From Paramoeba atlantica (lineage: Eukaryota > Protista > Discosea), in NCBI GenBank assembly GCA_977017575.1, contig CDRNVI010000087.1, positions 314,571-378,570 on the forward strand: a stretch of DNA of 64,000 nt, given 5' to 3'. Below, in pieces: positions 1-9,990 of the stretch; the stretch's first letter is position 1, and each line of letters begins with the position of its first letter. Made by a program: the position numbers and the translations under genes. The notes beneath the pieces were generated by a model that was given only the letters and a program-made list of their open reading frames with translations, was not told the origin of the DNA and searched no databases.

Positions 1-224
1 CCGCCGCTGTGGTGGGAGAACCAGAAATCCGATATGTGTGCGGCGCAGCCCTCAAAAACGAGGATTTCTGCGTCCACGCCATGGATTGCAAAAAGGTTCG
101 TGGCAAGACACAAGCCTCTCGCCACAAGGGGGTTAAGGAAACGTTCCGGAACCTACTGACCCAGTACGGGTTCTCCCCGGACCTAGTCGAACTGAGGTTC
201 GACAACGGTCGAGGCCCTGACATA
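1..224 (+). mobile_element. CRE/SLACS-like non-LTR retrotransposon fragment (C-terminal Cys/His knuckle and start of the restriction-like endonuclease, RLE)
   Basis: Frame of ORF 9..353 reads CGAALKNEDFCVHAMDC..RHKGV..GPDI, the CxxC..H..C / RH / PD pattern preceding the RLE; it is cut at a TA (223-224) where a Tc1-like TIR starts. Confidence 0.6.
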
Positions 225-1493
225 CAGGGGTGTCAACTTCCATCTGGGGGGGGTCTAAATTTTGTAAAAATTGTCCAATTTTGGAAAATAGTAGCGCATT
301 CGAGAGCTCTCGCAGAGTTGTATGTCTTTGCGCTAGTAATTTTAAAAAAATAAACTAAAAACCTACAAAAGCCAAGGACCCAAAAAATGGGAATTGTCAA
401 TTTCTGAAACCTGATAAACAAACGAAATATGTGATTATTTTTATTAATTATTTTTATATCAAAAGGATTTAGTATCCGCAATGGGCGCCTTCCTTTTCTA
501 CAACGATTCTGCAACGTTTCTTAAAGCTTTTCAATGTATTCTCAAACTTAGTTTTGTATTCTGTCTGAAGTTTTTCATAGGAAGCATGAATAGAAGAAAG
601 TAATTGCTGTCGATTTTTAGGCTGAATCTGGTCCTTTATTCCGTCCATTATTGACCAAATGTTTTCGATCGGGTTTAGATCAGGGGATCGTGCTGGCCAT
701 CGTAGCCAAGAATAACCCCTTTCTTGAGCAACGGCACGGGCTTTATTGTGTGCCGGGCAATTGTCCATTACTATGGTAGCCCGGTGTCTCCTCAAATATT
801 GGAACAAGCCCCCCCTTTTTATCATGGCTTCATAAAAATTTTGTCCCTTTACCGTGACTTTATTTCCTAGCGAGTAGATAGACCTTGTACGGCCCTGCTT
901 TTGCGACTTGGGAAAACGACATGGTCTGACCACAGATACTCCACCCGGAGTACACACAACAAACATGCTTTACGCGATCGACGTCAAGACCCCGTTCGTT
1001 TATTTTGACCACGAGTGCAGGGGAGAAAGTTTCCTTGTCTTGTGTTGCGTGGTATAGTAGACAAAGAGTTTTCCCCACTGAGACACATTTCTGGAAACAG
1101 TGCTGACAAATTTCAGTAAAAACAATGTTTTCCATGTCAGTGAAACCACAATCCAGACAAGCCGGCGGCACAGGAGAACTGAACATAGTATCTCGATCGC
1201 ATCTAGAACAGTAGCGCTTTGCTGCTTGCATTATATGTTCCAAAAGCAAAGAAATGTGATGTACAGAATTTTGGATGTATAGAAGTTTGTGATGTATAGA
1301 TTTTTTGACTGAAAAATGGACGTAGTCTTAAGAATGATAGATGCATATTAGTGTAAAAAGACCCATTTCCTGGCAGTACCTGACAGTCGATGGCAGTATC
1401 TGGCAGTACCTGGACGTAATTTTTGACCGCAAAAAAGGCCGTTTACAGACTCCAATGCATCATTGCTCTCGATAGACATGAAATTTTAGGAAA
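225..1493 (-). mobile_element. Degenerate one-ended Tc1-like element (family A)
   Basis: TIR CAGGGGTG.. at 225 after TA. ORF 469..966 has VMDNCPAH..WPARSPDLNPIENIW and resembles the C-half of 7289..8413; the upstream frame has ENIVFTE. No second TIR seen. Confidence 0.85.
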
Positions 1494-1504
1494 GCCCTGA
1501 CATA

Positions 1505-2249
1505 CAGGGGTGCAAATCAGATGCTGGGGGTGTCTAAAATTTGCAAGTTTTGCACAATTTTGGAAAATAATAGCGCATTCGGGAGCTCTCGCAGATATTT
1601 ATGTTTTTGAATAGTCAGCTTCCCAGGGTGTAAGGGGGTGGTCAACTGAGGAGAAGCCCAAAAACGTCAAAATTCAAAAAATGAAAGAAATTTTTTGTAC
1701 CTTTAATAATTAAAACTTCCCCTTTTTTCTACTACTATGTCCAAACGCCGGGGCATACTGTTTAAAGTGTTGATGAGCATGTCATGACCATCTCTTTTAG
1801 TGTAATCAACCAACTTTTCGATAGAAGACAAAAGTTCAGTCCTATTTTCTGGGTTTGTACCATCTTTAATAAAGGTATGCCTTGTCTTTGGCACTGTAGG
1901 AGTTTTTATTCTCGTAATCTTGACGAGAAGCATCCTGTGTGAATATTTCGTATGCCCCGGGGGTTCATATGATCTATCAGACATGCTTTTACTGTTTTTC
2001 TTAGAGCGGAATCGCTTTTGCGGCATAATAGTGAGCAGAAAAACAAAAAAAAAACACGGAAAAAACTGCAAATTTTAAGAGGGTAAAAAACCTTTAAAAA
2101 AATTCTCTTTTTCAAATTTGTTTTCTTTTAACGTGATAATAGCGCCAAAACATAGATCTCTGCGAGAGCTCTCGAATGCGCTATTAATTTCCAAAATTGA
2201 GCAAACATTACAAATTTTAGACCCCCCCAGCATTTGATTTGCACCCCTG
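1505..2249 (-). mobile_element. Internally deleted non-autonomous Tc1-like derivative (family A)
   Basis: TA-flanked ~100-bp TIRs (CAGGGGTGCAAATCA..TGATTTGCACCCCTG). ORF 1703..2071 fuses the family-A N-terminus (MPQKR..HRMLLVK) to its C-terminus (NPENRTEL..INTLNSMPRRL..). Confidence 0.85.
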
Positions 2250-2250
2250 T

Positions 2251-2622
2251 ATGCTTCCAACAGGCCGAAAGCTCGCCCTAGTGGATGTCACCGTGGTTAA
2301 CCCACTGGCCCCGTCCTACGTAGATAAGGAGGCCGCCCATCCATCTCATATACTGAGGATGGCGGAAGGCAACAAGCGCCGCGCCCATGACGAGATGGCG
2401 GCCGCCAGAGGGATGGATTTTTTCCCCCTGGCCTTCACCACCTATGGGGTACCTGGCCCAGAGACCCTCAATTTTCTCAATAGGGTGGCCAGAGCACACA
2501 CATCCGACAGGGCGGGATGTCTCTCTCACCTTCTGATGGCTATGGGAGTAGCCATTCAGAAGGGCAATGCCCAGGTAGTGCAAGCGGCGGTACAGGATTG
2601 GTACCGTCGCGGGGTGCGCTAA
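2251..2622 (+). mobile_element. CRE/SLACS-like retrotransposon RLE C-terminal half
   Basis: LALVDVTVVNPLAPSY..AEGNKRRAH..FFPLAFTTYG..GVAIQKGNAQ, matching the DV.V..P / E..K / F.P.A..T.G / A.Q.GNA pattern of CRE-clade RLE ends. Confidence 0.7.
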
Positions 2623-2741
2623 CTGGGGTTGGATCGGGGGGGGGTGAAAGTTATTCTTTTTGATCGTTGAGAAGTATAAATTATACTTTCCCACGAATTG
2701 TTTTTTCAAATCTTGTGTTTTTCAAAATCGAGAATAACTAT

Positions 2742-2840
2742 TAGGCTCTTCGTTAAACGCGGTGGTTGTTTTCAACTTAGAAGTCACTCATGCTGCGCGC
2801 TTCGCGTTGAAAACTACCACCGCGTTTAACGAAGAGCCTA
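2742..2840. repeat. ~99-bp foldback palindrome (second copy 49693-49785; partial copies ~10516, ~53555)
   Basis: Arms TAGGCTCTTCGTTAAACGCGGTGGTTGTTTTCAAC / GTTGAAAACTACCACCGCGTTTAACGAAGAGCCTA. Confidence 0.85.
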
Positions 2841-3308
2841 AAAAAGAAAATTTGGCTTCGAAAACGGAAGAAACCGGAAGGACTTGAGCCAAAAATAGCC
2901 GGTTTTTAGGTAAAAATAGGGTCATTTTTGCGTATTTTGGCTCTCAGAGCACTAAAACCGACATTTAAGTGTGGGAAATCACTCGTAGGCATGAATTAAA
3001 GCCTACAGAACATAATGGGCAGAGAATGCGACTCCAACCACACCATTCTTCCGACTCAAAAAGACCCCCTTGGGTCCGAAAATTACTTTTTCCCATTTTT
3101 TAGCCAAAAAAGGGTCATTTTGGGAGGCGTACCACGGCTCCAAGAAGGGGTATCTTGTGCAAACAACGGCGCAGAAAGCTAGTATAGGTCCCAAACTATC
3201 ACAATACAATAGGGGAAAGAATTTTGAAAAAATATATTTTTTGCCATCTTTTTCGCCAAGTTGATTTTTTTTTCAAAAAAAAATTCCGAAAAATTCCGAA
3301 CTTGGCGA

Positions 3309-3721
3309 CATAGCTGTAAAATTATTAATAATTTTTCGTTCAATAATAATAATTATTAAAAATTATTAATAATTATTAATAATTATTTATAAGGTCTTAG
3401 TAGGCAGATAGGACATAAAAATACGAACGTCAGAATATTTTAGATTAGTATTCTGGGTAACATATTTCAGCTTCACACTGCACCCCTGAGAGTAACTATT
3501 AGACAGAGACCTACATACTACTTCCAGAATTTTTTAATGTCTCCTACACGGAGTACATGCGACGTGCTTCCACTTTTTTGATCTTGTTTGATCTCACCGA
3601 TGGTCCTAACGCGGACCAAAAACTTAAAGTGCAAAATTATTAATAATTATTAATAATTGGCCCTTTGTTTTAAAAATAATTATTAATAATTATTATTAAA
3701 AAAAATATTAATACAGCTATG
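3309..3721. mobile_element. hAT-like MITE (413 bp)
   Basis: TIR CATAGCTGT..ACAGCTATG; 8-bp TSD CTTGGCGA/CTTGGCGG; an empty site is present in the paralogue near 43686. Confidence 0.75.
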
Positions 3722-3860
3722 CTTGGCGGACCCGTCCTGCGGATACGCGGGGGGGTCACCCCCGGGTAGGGGGGTGGGAAATGTGCGCCGAGACCCCGGC
3801 TACCCCTTCTGCGCTTTTTTTTCGAAAAATAATTTTTTCAAAAAAATTTCGTGCGGTATG

Positions 3861-3977
3861 CCCCCCCCCTAGACCCCCCCCTAGACCCCCCCTAGACCCC
3901 CCCCTAGACCCCCCCCTAGACCCCCCCCTAGACCCCCCCCTAGACCCCCCCCCCTAGACCCCCCCCATGGACCCCCC
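3861..3977 (+). repeat. Tandem array (C7-10 TAGA) x8
   Basis: Read directly; gives G-runs on the minus strand. Confidence 0.95.
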
Positions 3978-4364
3978 ATTTTTTTGAATTTTTTTTTTCA
4001 GTTTTGGACCACCGGAGCCCCCTTTTATTTTTTTTTCCTTTATTATATTACTGTGTTCCTCTTTATATTTTCACTGTTTTTGTTCACTTTTTTTGCAATA
4101 ATCGAGGGTAGAGCGGTAGTTATACAACCACCGCAATAATCGAGTGTAGAGCGGTAGTTATACCCCCCCTGCTCCCCCCCCCCCCCCTGGACCCCCATTT
4201 TTTGAATTTTCTTTTTCAGTTTTGGACCACCGGAGCCCCCTTTTATATTATTTTCTTCTATTATATTACTGTGTTCCTCTTTATATTTTCACTGTTTTTG
4301 TTCACTTTTTTTTCAATAATCGAGTGTGGAGCGGTAGTTATACAATCACCGCAATATGTTATAT

Positions 4365-4560
4365 GAGGGGCTGCGGGTTAGATTTGTGAAACAGCGCGAA
4401 ACACCGCGCAACAGCGGTTTGTTTTTTGGTCTATTAAGCCGGTTGAAGGTCTAAAATTCAATATTCAGGTTCATTTTTGAATTTGATAATGCAGTTTGTA
4501 CGCATATACATGAGGGGCTGCGAATGTCGTAAAGCGCTGTTTCACGGTGTTTCAACACTG
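4365..4560 (+). mobile_element. Two Sola2-like termini (GAGGGGCTGCG..), family E; 4365-4510 is duplicated at 8983-9125
   Basis: The same terminus bounds complete copies at 15892-16053 and 40791-41681 that carry 4-bp TSDs. Confidence 0.55.
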
Positions 4561-4580
4561 TGCGAGGCACAAAGGAAGTA

Positions 4581-6059
4581 CTGTACCCCCCCTACTTAAT
4601 TGTCACCCCTCTACCCCCCCTATTTAATTGTCCTTTTTGACAGAGCCATGGGCACGAGGCGCCGCGAAGCGGCGCCGGTTTTTTTTTCATTTTTTCATTT
4701 TCTAGTGTAATGTGATATGTCTAGTGTAATGTGTATGTCCTACGAGCACCTTATTACATCTTGTTACACAATATTTGACTCATTTTTTACTCTTTTCCAC
4801 TGATGGTTCTCCGAGGTAGGAGCCGATTGCGGGCTGGTATGATGACTAACCCGCCCAGCCAATCCCTTTCATCTCTTCCCCTACCGGAAAATGGTAACCC
4901 TTCCGTTGACTTCCATTCATATTTCTCTCTTCCGGAAAACGCAACGCTCCCGATGATTACCCTTCATCTCTCCCCCTTCTTGGAAATGGTAACCTTCCAT
5001 CTGAGCCCCATTCATCAGACACGGGAACGACCTCGAATGAACAACGTGTTACTGGTCCTCTGGGGCGTTGGGTGACGATACGGCCTCCTGTCCCTCGGGT
5101 AGGGCCTCTAGAAAATCCTCTAGTGGGGCCCATCGTGAACACTATTTTCCCCATTGCTTCTCACACCAATAAACGATGCCATACGCAATTAACAGGTCAA
5201 CAAATAAAATAATGGTGGCCAAGACAAAAAGCGAGAGAGGGGTTTTAACAGTGAGAGGCAACTCTGCATGCAAAAAGTTGACGAGAAACTTTTTGAGCAT
5301 GTAGAAAATCACAAGGTCATTACAAAGGAAATGGTTCTACAGCTGATGGAACAACACGGGGCATTTAATGATAATTTGTCCGAAAAAGGAAAGGAACGAA
5401 TTTACAAGAAATTTAAATCTTTCTTTGGCTGGTCCTGGCGAACTCTTGGTAAGACCAGGTGTTTTACCCCATCAGACATAGAACAACGGATTCGAAATTG
5501 GTCACGGGGCCTTTACGTCCAGAATTCGGTTCGAAATTATGCCTATGTGCTGTTTGGGGATGAAACTTCATTGATCGTAGATAATGAGTCTCACTCTAAA
5601 TCACTGGCTCCCAAGGGGCTGAGCAATATGAAAATTGCGGAGACTAATCCAAACCCGTAGAGATCTTTGTGAGGATTGGACACCTATTGCTCCTCTCAAA
5701 TAACACTTTAACAACGTTACGAAACTAGTCTACATTTTTAATACGATACCTGTAGGTGTTAAAAATACATACATCATGTGCGTCTGTCGAAACGGGGGAA
5801 AACAATACCCCACAAACGATAACGATACTGTTTCTGTAATCACAAGCTTACGTTTGCATGTTAGTGTCTCCGTTAGACCTACGCTTACACAAGAACAAAG
5901 ATAGCAGATAGTAAAGTTTAGATAGTTTAGAAGAGAGCAAAACGTGCGCCGCGAAGCGGCGCAACTTTTTTTCCCCTACTTTCTTCAAATTTTGCACCCC
6001 CCCTATTTAATTGTCCTTTTTCCCGAAAAGCGATGACAATTAAGTAGGGGGGGGTACAG
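4581..6059 (+). mobile_element. Defective pogo-like element with truncated transposase (ORF 5268..5660)
   Basis: TA-flanked TIRs CTGTACCCCCCCTACTTAATTGTCA..TGACAATTAAGTAGGGGGGGGTACAG. The ORF has a Tc5-type HTH region and LFGDETS (first catalytic Asp), then stops. Confidence 0.75.
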
Positions 6060-6255
6060 TAAGGCGTTATTTTCATGTAAGAACGATAATTGAAGTTCTT
6101 ATTTTGTGGACGGGGGTATTATAAACATAATATTGGATAAATACGTACATTTTAAATAATCCTAGCCGTAAATTTCAAGGCAAAAATTATCGCACTATGA
6201 CTGATCTGCCGTCTCCGCTTTCGTAGCTGAGTGTAAGGTCGGGGACATAATAGCG

Positions 6256-6810
6256 GTGGCCTGGTCCTCTGATAAGGTTCCCCGGGGAGAATTGTGGAAA
6301 GGGACAGTGAAAACGATCGGAGACGAGACTACGATGACCGTAGACTACGGAAAATTCGGAGATCTCATTTTCCCCCCTACCAACGCAAGTGTACACGCTG
6401 TTGACAAGCTTCCCGGAGATTCGTACTCCGCTGCGATGGAGAGAGTGGAAGGGCGCGAGACGGGCACATTTGAACCGCTGGAACTGATGACCCATGGGAT
6501 GTTCTTTGATTGCCCACCCGATCCACGTGATCGAAGTTTCGTGGAGCTAGATTTGCATCTACGCCGCTATTTTGGTATCGGTGCGGCGGAACGGAATGCC
6601 CCTCGTTTCCATCAAGACAAACATAGAAAAAATGATCTCCTAGTGGCTTTCCTCGCGCGGTCGCGAAATTCTATGAAAATGGGGATGATGTGGAAGTCGG
6701 ATTCGAATCTCGCTGTTGGGGATAATATCCTGGCAGTTCTCATGGCCTACAAGATACGTGCTCAACGAGGAGATTGCATGGATGCACACACCCGACTTAT
6801 CCTCCAATGA
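6256..6810 (+). CDS. Orphan ORF, 184 aa (GTG start; possibly a retroelement ORF fragment)
   Basis: Open frame only; no family recognised. Confidence 0.3.
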   Translation: MAWSSDKVPRGELWKGTVKTIGDETTMTVDYGKFGDLIFPPTNASVHAVDKLPGDSYSAAMERVEGRETGTFEPLELMTHGMFFDCPPDPRDRSFVELDLHLRRYFGIGAAERNAPRFHQDKHRKNDLLVAFLARSRNSMKMGMMWKSDSNLAVGDNILAVLMAYKIRAQRGDCMDAHTRLILQ

Positions 6811-7040
6811 ACAACACCAGAACAGATATCCCCTTACCTGTGTACTTTTTTTTCCCACCCGCCTCCCCTCAATCAAATGCGGACGTCCCTTTCGTCAGTC
6901 CAATTTGCAAGTTTATATACACACAATGGTTCATGCGATAAAGAGTTGTAAACATCTATAAACAGCTGTATACCAACGTGTTCAATTATTACGAAACAAA
7001 AATATGATTATTACGCGCAAGACTTTACTATTTTGTTATA

Positions 7041-8612
7041 CAGGGGGTGGCACGAAAATATGGGGGGGGGTCAAAAATCGTATAACTTGCCCAATTTTGG
7101 AAAGTAGCACCGCATTCGAGAGCTCTCGCAGAGATACGTGTCACCTGATATTGCGTTTCCCGCGTTTTTAATTTTTTTTATTTTGGACGAAAGAATACGT
7201 TTTCGGAACTTGCAATTTTCTTCAATTTCACCGATTTTTTCGAAATTTTAGGTATTTTCCTTCTATTTTTTTATCTTTCCACCGCGTTATGCCACAGAAA
7301 CGGGCTTATTCAAATAACAAGGGTGTACAGCACCGTGATCGGCATTGTTACAGTCCTCGTGGACAGCTTAAAGTCACCCACCGCATACTTTTAGTAAAGA
7401 AGTATGAAGAAACTGGGTCCTTTTTTGCCGTTGCGAGAGAATTTGACTGTCACGAAGACACTGTGAAACGCTGGGTGAGTCGCTATCAAGAGACTGGTGA
7501 TGTTGAGAGGTCACCCTATCAAGACCGCCAATCCCCGACAATGACCCCCGAGCTCATCACTCGCGCATTACATCTAATCGATGATGCGGTCAAAGTCCAG
7601 ACTTATGGAATTCCCTCTTGGGCAAAACTTGTTTTTCTCCTTCGGGGGGAAGGTTTCACTTTCTCTCGGCGTTCATTGACACGCACCCTCCGAAAAGAAG
7701 GCATCATGTGTCGCACCGTCCGCCGCACACCTTCTCTCACTCCAGAACACAAACGCAAGCGGGTGGAGTTTTGCAAGGAGCTCGAAAAGTGGACTCCCCG
7801 TGAACTTGAGAACATCGTATGGACAGACGAAAAGAAGTTCACTTGCGGGGGGAGCAAGAATGCCACTTACCTTTGTCGCCGTACGGACCCCGTGAAGGAG
7901 CACGCCGGAGAGCGAGAGAAATGGCTGGGGGGTGATGGAATAATGATGTGGATGGGTGTGAGTATAAAACACGGTTTTTTGGTTCACGAGTTTCCTAACC
8001 GTGATAGTAGCAACAACAAAGTTTCAGTAAATGGGCAAGTCTTCAAAGAGGCCATGCTCAAGCGTGGGGAGTTCAATAGTTATTTACGAAGACACCCTGG
8101 TGCTGTTGTTGTAATGGACAATTGCACCATTCACAATACTACTCGTCGTTTTTTTCAGGATAACGACGTTAAGGTGCTACCTTGGCCTGCAAAGTCCCCC
8201 GATTTGACTCCCATAGAAAATATTTGGGGGATAATTGATGTCCACAAAAGCTCATTATGCCCCACAAATCGGTCAGAATTGCGATTGGCGATCGCATCTG
8301 GGATTGAATTGTTGAAAGGAGAACAGAACAAAACATTTTTAAACACTTTGAAGACTGTTCCAACTCGTATTAAGATTACATTACAAAAAAATGGAGGTCA
8401 CTATGGATATTAAATGACACATTTTTCAAAATTTCAAACTTGCAATTGCTGTTTTCAGCCCCTTTGGCATAGGGACCTACCCCCCTGTATACGGGAAACG
8501 CAATATCAGGTGACACGTATCTCTACGAGAGCTCTCGAATGCGGTGCTACTTTCCAAAATTGGACAAGTTATAAAAAATTTGACCCCCCCCATATTTTCG
8601 TGCCACCCCCTG
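7041..8612 (+). mobile_element. Full-length Tc1-like element (family A), 1572 bp
   Basis: ~120-bp TIRs (CAGGGGGTGGCACGAAAATATGG..CCATATTTTCGTGCCACCCCCTG) with TA on both sides. Confidence 0.95.
7289..8413 (+). CDS. Tc1/IS630-superfamily transposase, intact, D-D-32-E
   Basis: HTH (FAVAREFDCHEDTVKRW), WTDEKKF, VMDNCTIH, WPAKSPDLTPIENIW. Confidence 0.93.
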   Translation: MPQKRAYSNNKGVQHRDRHCYSPRGQLKVTHRILLVKKYEETGSFFAVAREFDCHEDTVKRWVSRYQETGDVERSPYQDRQSPTMTPELITRALHLIDDAVKVQTYGIPSWAKLVFLLRGEGFTFSRRSLTRTLRKEGIMCRTVRRTPSLTPEHKRKRVEFCKELEKWTPRELENIVWTDEKKFTCGGSKNATYLCRRTDPVKEHAGEREKWLGGDGIMMWMGVSIKHGFLVHEFPNRDSSNNKVSVNGQVFKEAMLKRGEFNSYLRRHPGAVVVMDNCTIHNTTRRFFQDNDVKVLPWPAKSPDLTPIENIWGIIDVHKSSLCPTNRSELRLAIASGIELLKGEQNKTFLNTLKTVPTRIKITLQKNGGHYGY

Positions 8613-9244
8613 TATGTAGTATCTATAAAATGAATCGAAGTGCCCCAAGACTAATTACTAAAAGAAACCGCGGTTTCGGTGCGGTTTCACACACCCACCC
8701 GCAGCCCCTCGAATGTATAAGGAAGTATTTGAATCGATACCTGCGTGTATTCGCGTTGAATATTAAGCTTGTGTGATAATATTGCACAGAATGTCTGTTT
8801 CTCCTACACGTACGGGCCGTGAACGCGCTATAACTCAGAAAATACTTGATTAACCTGTTGATGTGTTATTCCGTACATCAATAAAAGGTGAAAGAAAGAT
8901 ATATGAACAGGGAAGTGTCAAGAAAATATCGTTTATCGAGGTTATCAATCTCATACATGCTATTCCTAAGCATACAATATGTGAGGGGCTGCGGGTTAGA
9001 TTTGTGAAACAGCGCGAAACACCGCGAAACAGCGGTTTGTTTTTTGGTCTATTAAGCCGGTTGAAGGTCTAAAATTCAATATTCAGGTTCATTTTTTGAA
9101 TTTGATAATGCGGTTTGTACGCATATACATATTGTATGCTTAGGAAAAAAGCGCAGAAGGGGTAGCCGGGGTCTTGGCGCGTATTTTTCACCCCCCGTAC
9201 CCGTAATTTTTTAACATTTTTTGAAGTTGCAGTCGTCACTTTTA

Positions 9245-9399
9245 CCCCCTTTGGCATAGAGACCTACCCCCTGGATACGGGAAACGCATTATCACATGAC
9301 ACGTAACTCTGCGAGAGCTCTCCAATGTGGTGTTATTTTCCAAAATTGGCCACGTGCTACGAATTTGACTCCCCCCCCACATTTTCGTGCCCACCCCTG
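9245..9399 (+). mobile_element. Solo right end of a family-A Tc1-like element
   Basis: Matches 8458-8612 and ends CCCCTG followed by TA. Confidence 0.8.
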
Positions 9400-9429
9400 T
9401 ATATTGATTGAAGTATGATTGAGGAAATT

Positions 9430-9990
9430 TGTAAAGCAACTGATTTAGACTCATGAACAAAAGCATAAATTTTGCAAAATAGTGGCAGACGGTGGCAAAT
9501 GGTGGCAGGCAAAACCATAAACTTCTGCAGTACATCCATTGAACAACGCAATCCATCATGTTCACAAATCTTGTCTGCCAAGATTGCTCTCGGTTGCTGT
9601 GTACCTCGCCAAACTTAACACACTGGGGCGCAACGTTCCTCTGCACTTGTGAGGTGTGGGGGAATGAAATTTTTAGCGTCGCGACACTTGGCTAGTTTCC
9701 AGTGGGTGCGCCCCATGTCGTGACCTTTTACTTCCGTCACAGGGGCGAACCACCATCCAAATTTACGGGTCCGTTTCCCCCGATGATATTTCCTTGTGCC
9801 AATAAAGGTCTCGTCTGCTTGCACCTTTGAAAAATTGTACGTACTCGTTTCTTCTTGGAAAAGAGCCGCATTACCCAAATGGCTTAGTATCTTTTCAACT
9901 GTCTTGCGCCGTATTCCATGATTCCTTTGCGATTTGACCCATACACAAATTGTTATTTATATCCCCTCGCAGAGGTAAGAGATTTCCGGG
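9430..9990 (-). pseudogene. Merlin/IS1016 (ISXO2-like) transposase relic
   Basis: ORF 9615..9878 reads KVQADETFIGTRKYHRGKR..WWF..; the downstream frame has GEVHSNRE. Confidence 0.7.

Larger units (their letters stand above)
2841..4355 (+). repeat. Dispersed non-coding repeat family C, copy 1 (with hAT-like MITE insertion, C-run array and duplicated 3' end)
   Basis: Homologous to 43480-43800, to 44783-45089 plus 47155-47470 (inverted) and to ~49990-50449. Ends in the stem-loop GCGGTAGTTATACAACCACCGC (4113-4134, variant at 4331-4352). Confidence 0.75.

Noticed and set aside
1-2700. Spliced-leader RNA gene as the CRE target
   Set aside because: No recognisable kinetoplastid SL sequence seen near either retroelement fragment.
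3861-3977. Telomeric repeat
   Set aside because: Variable C-run length, internal to a dispersed repeat, and a different unit in the paralogous copy.
4512-8710. One large Sola2-like element enclosing the pogo and Tc1 insertions
   Set aside because: Flanks do not match (ACAT or ATAT versus GAAT), so there is no TSD support.
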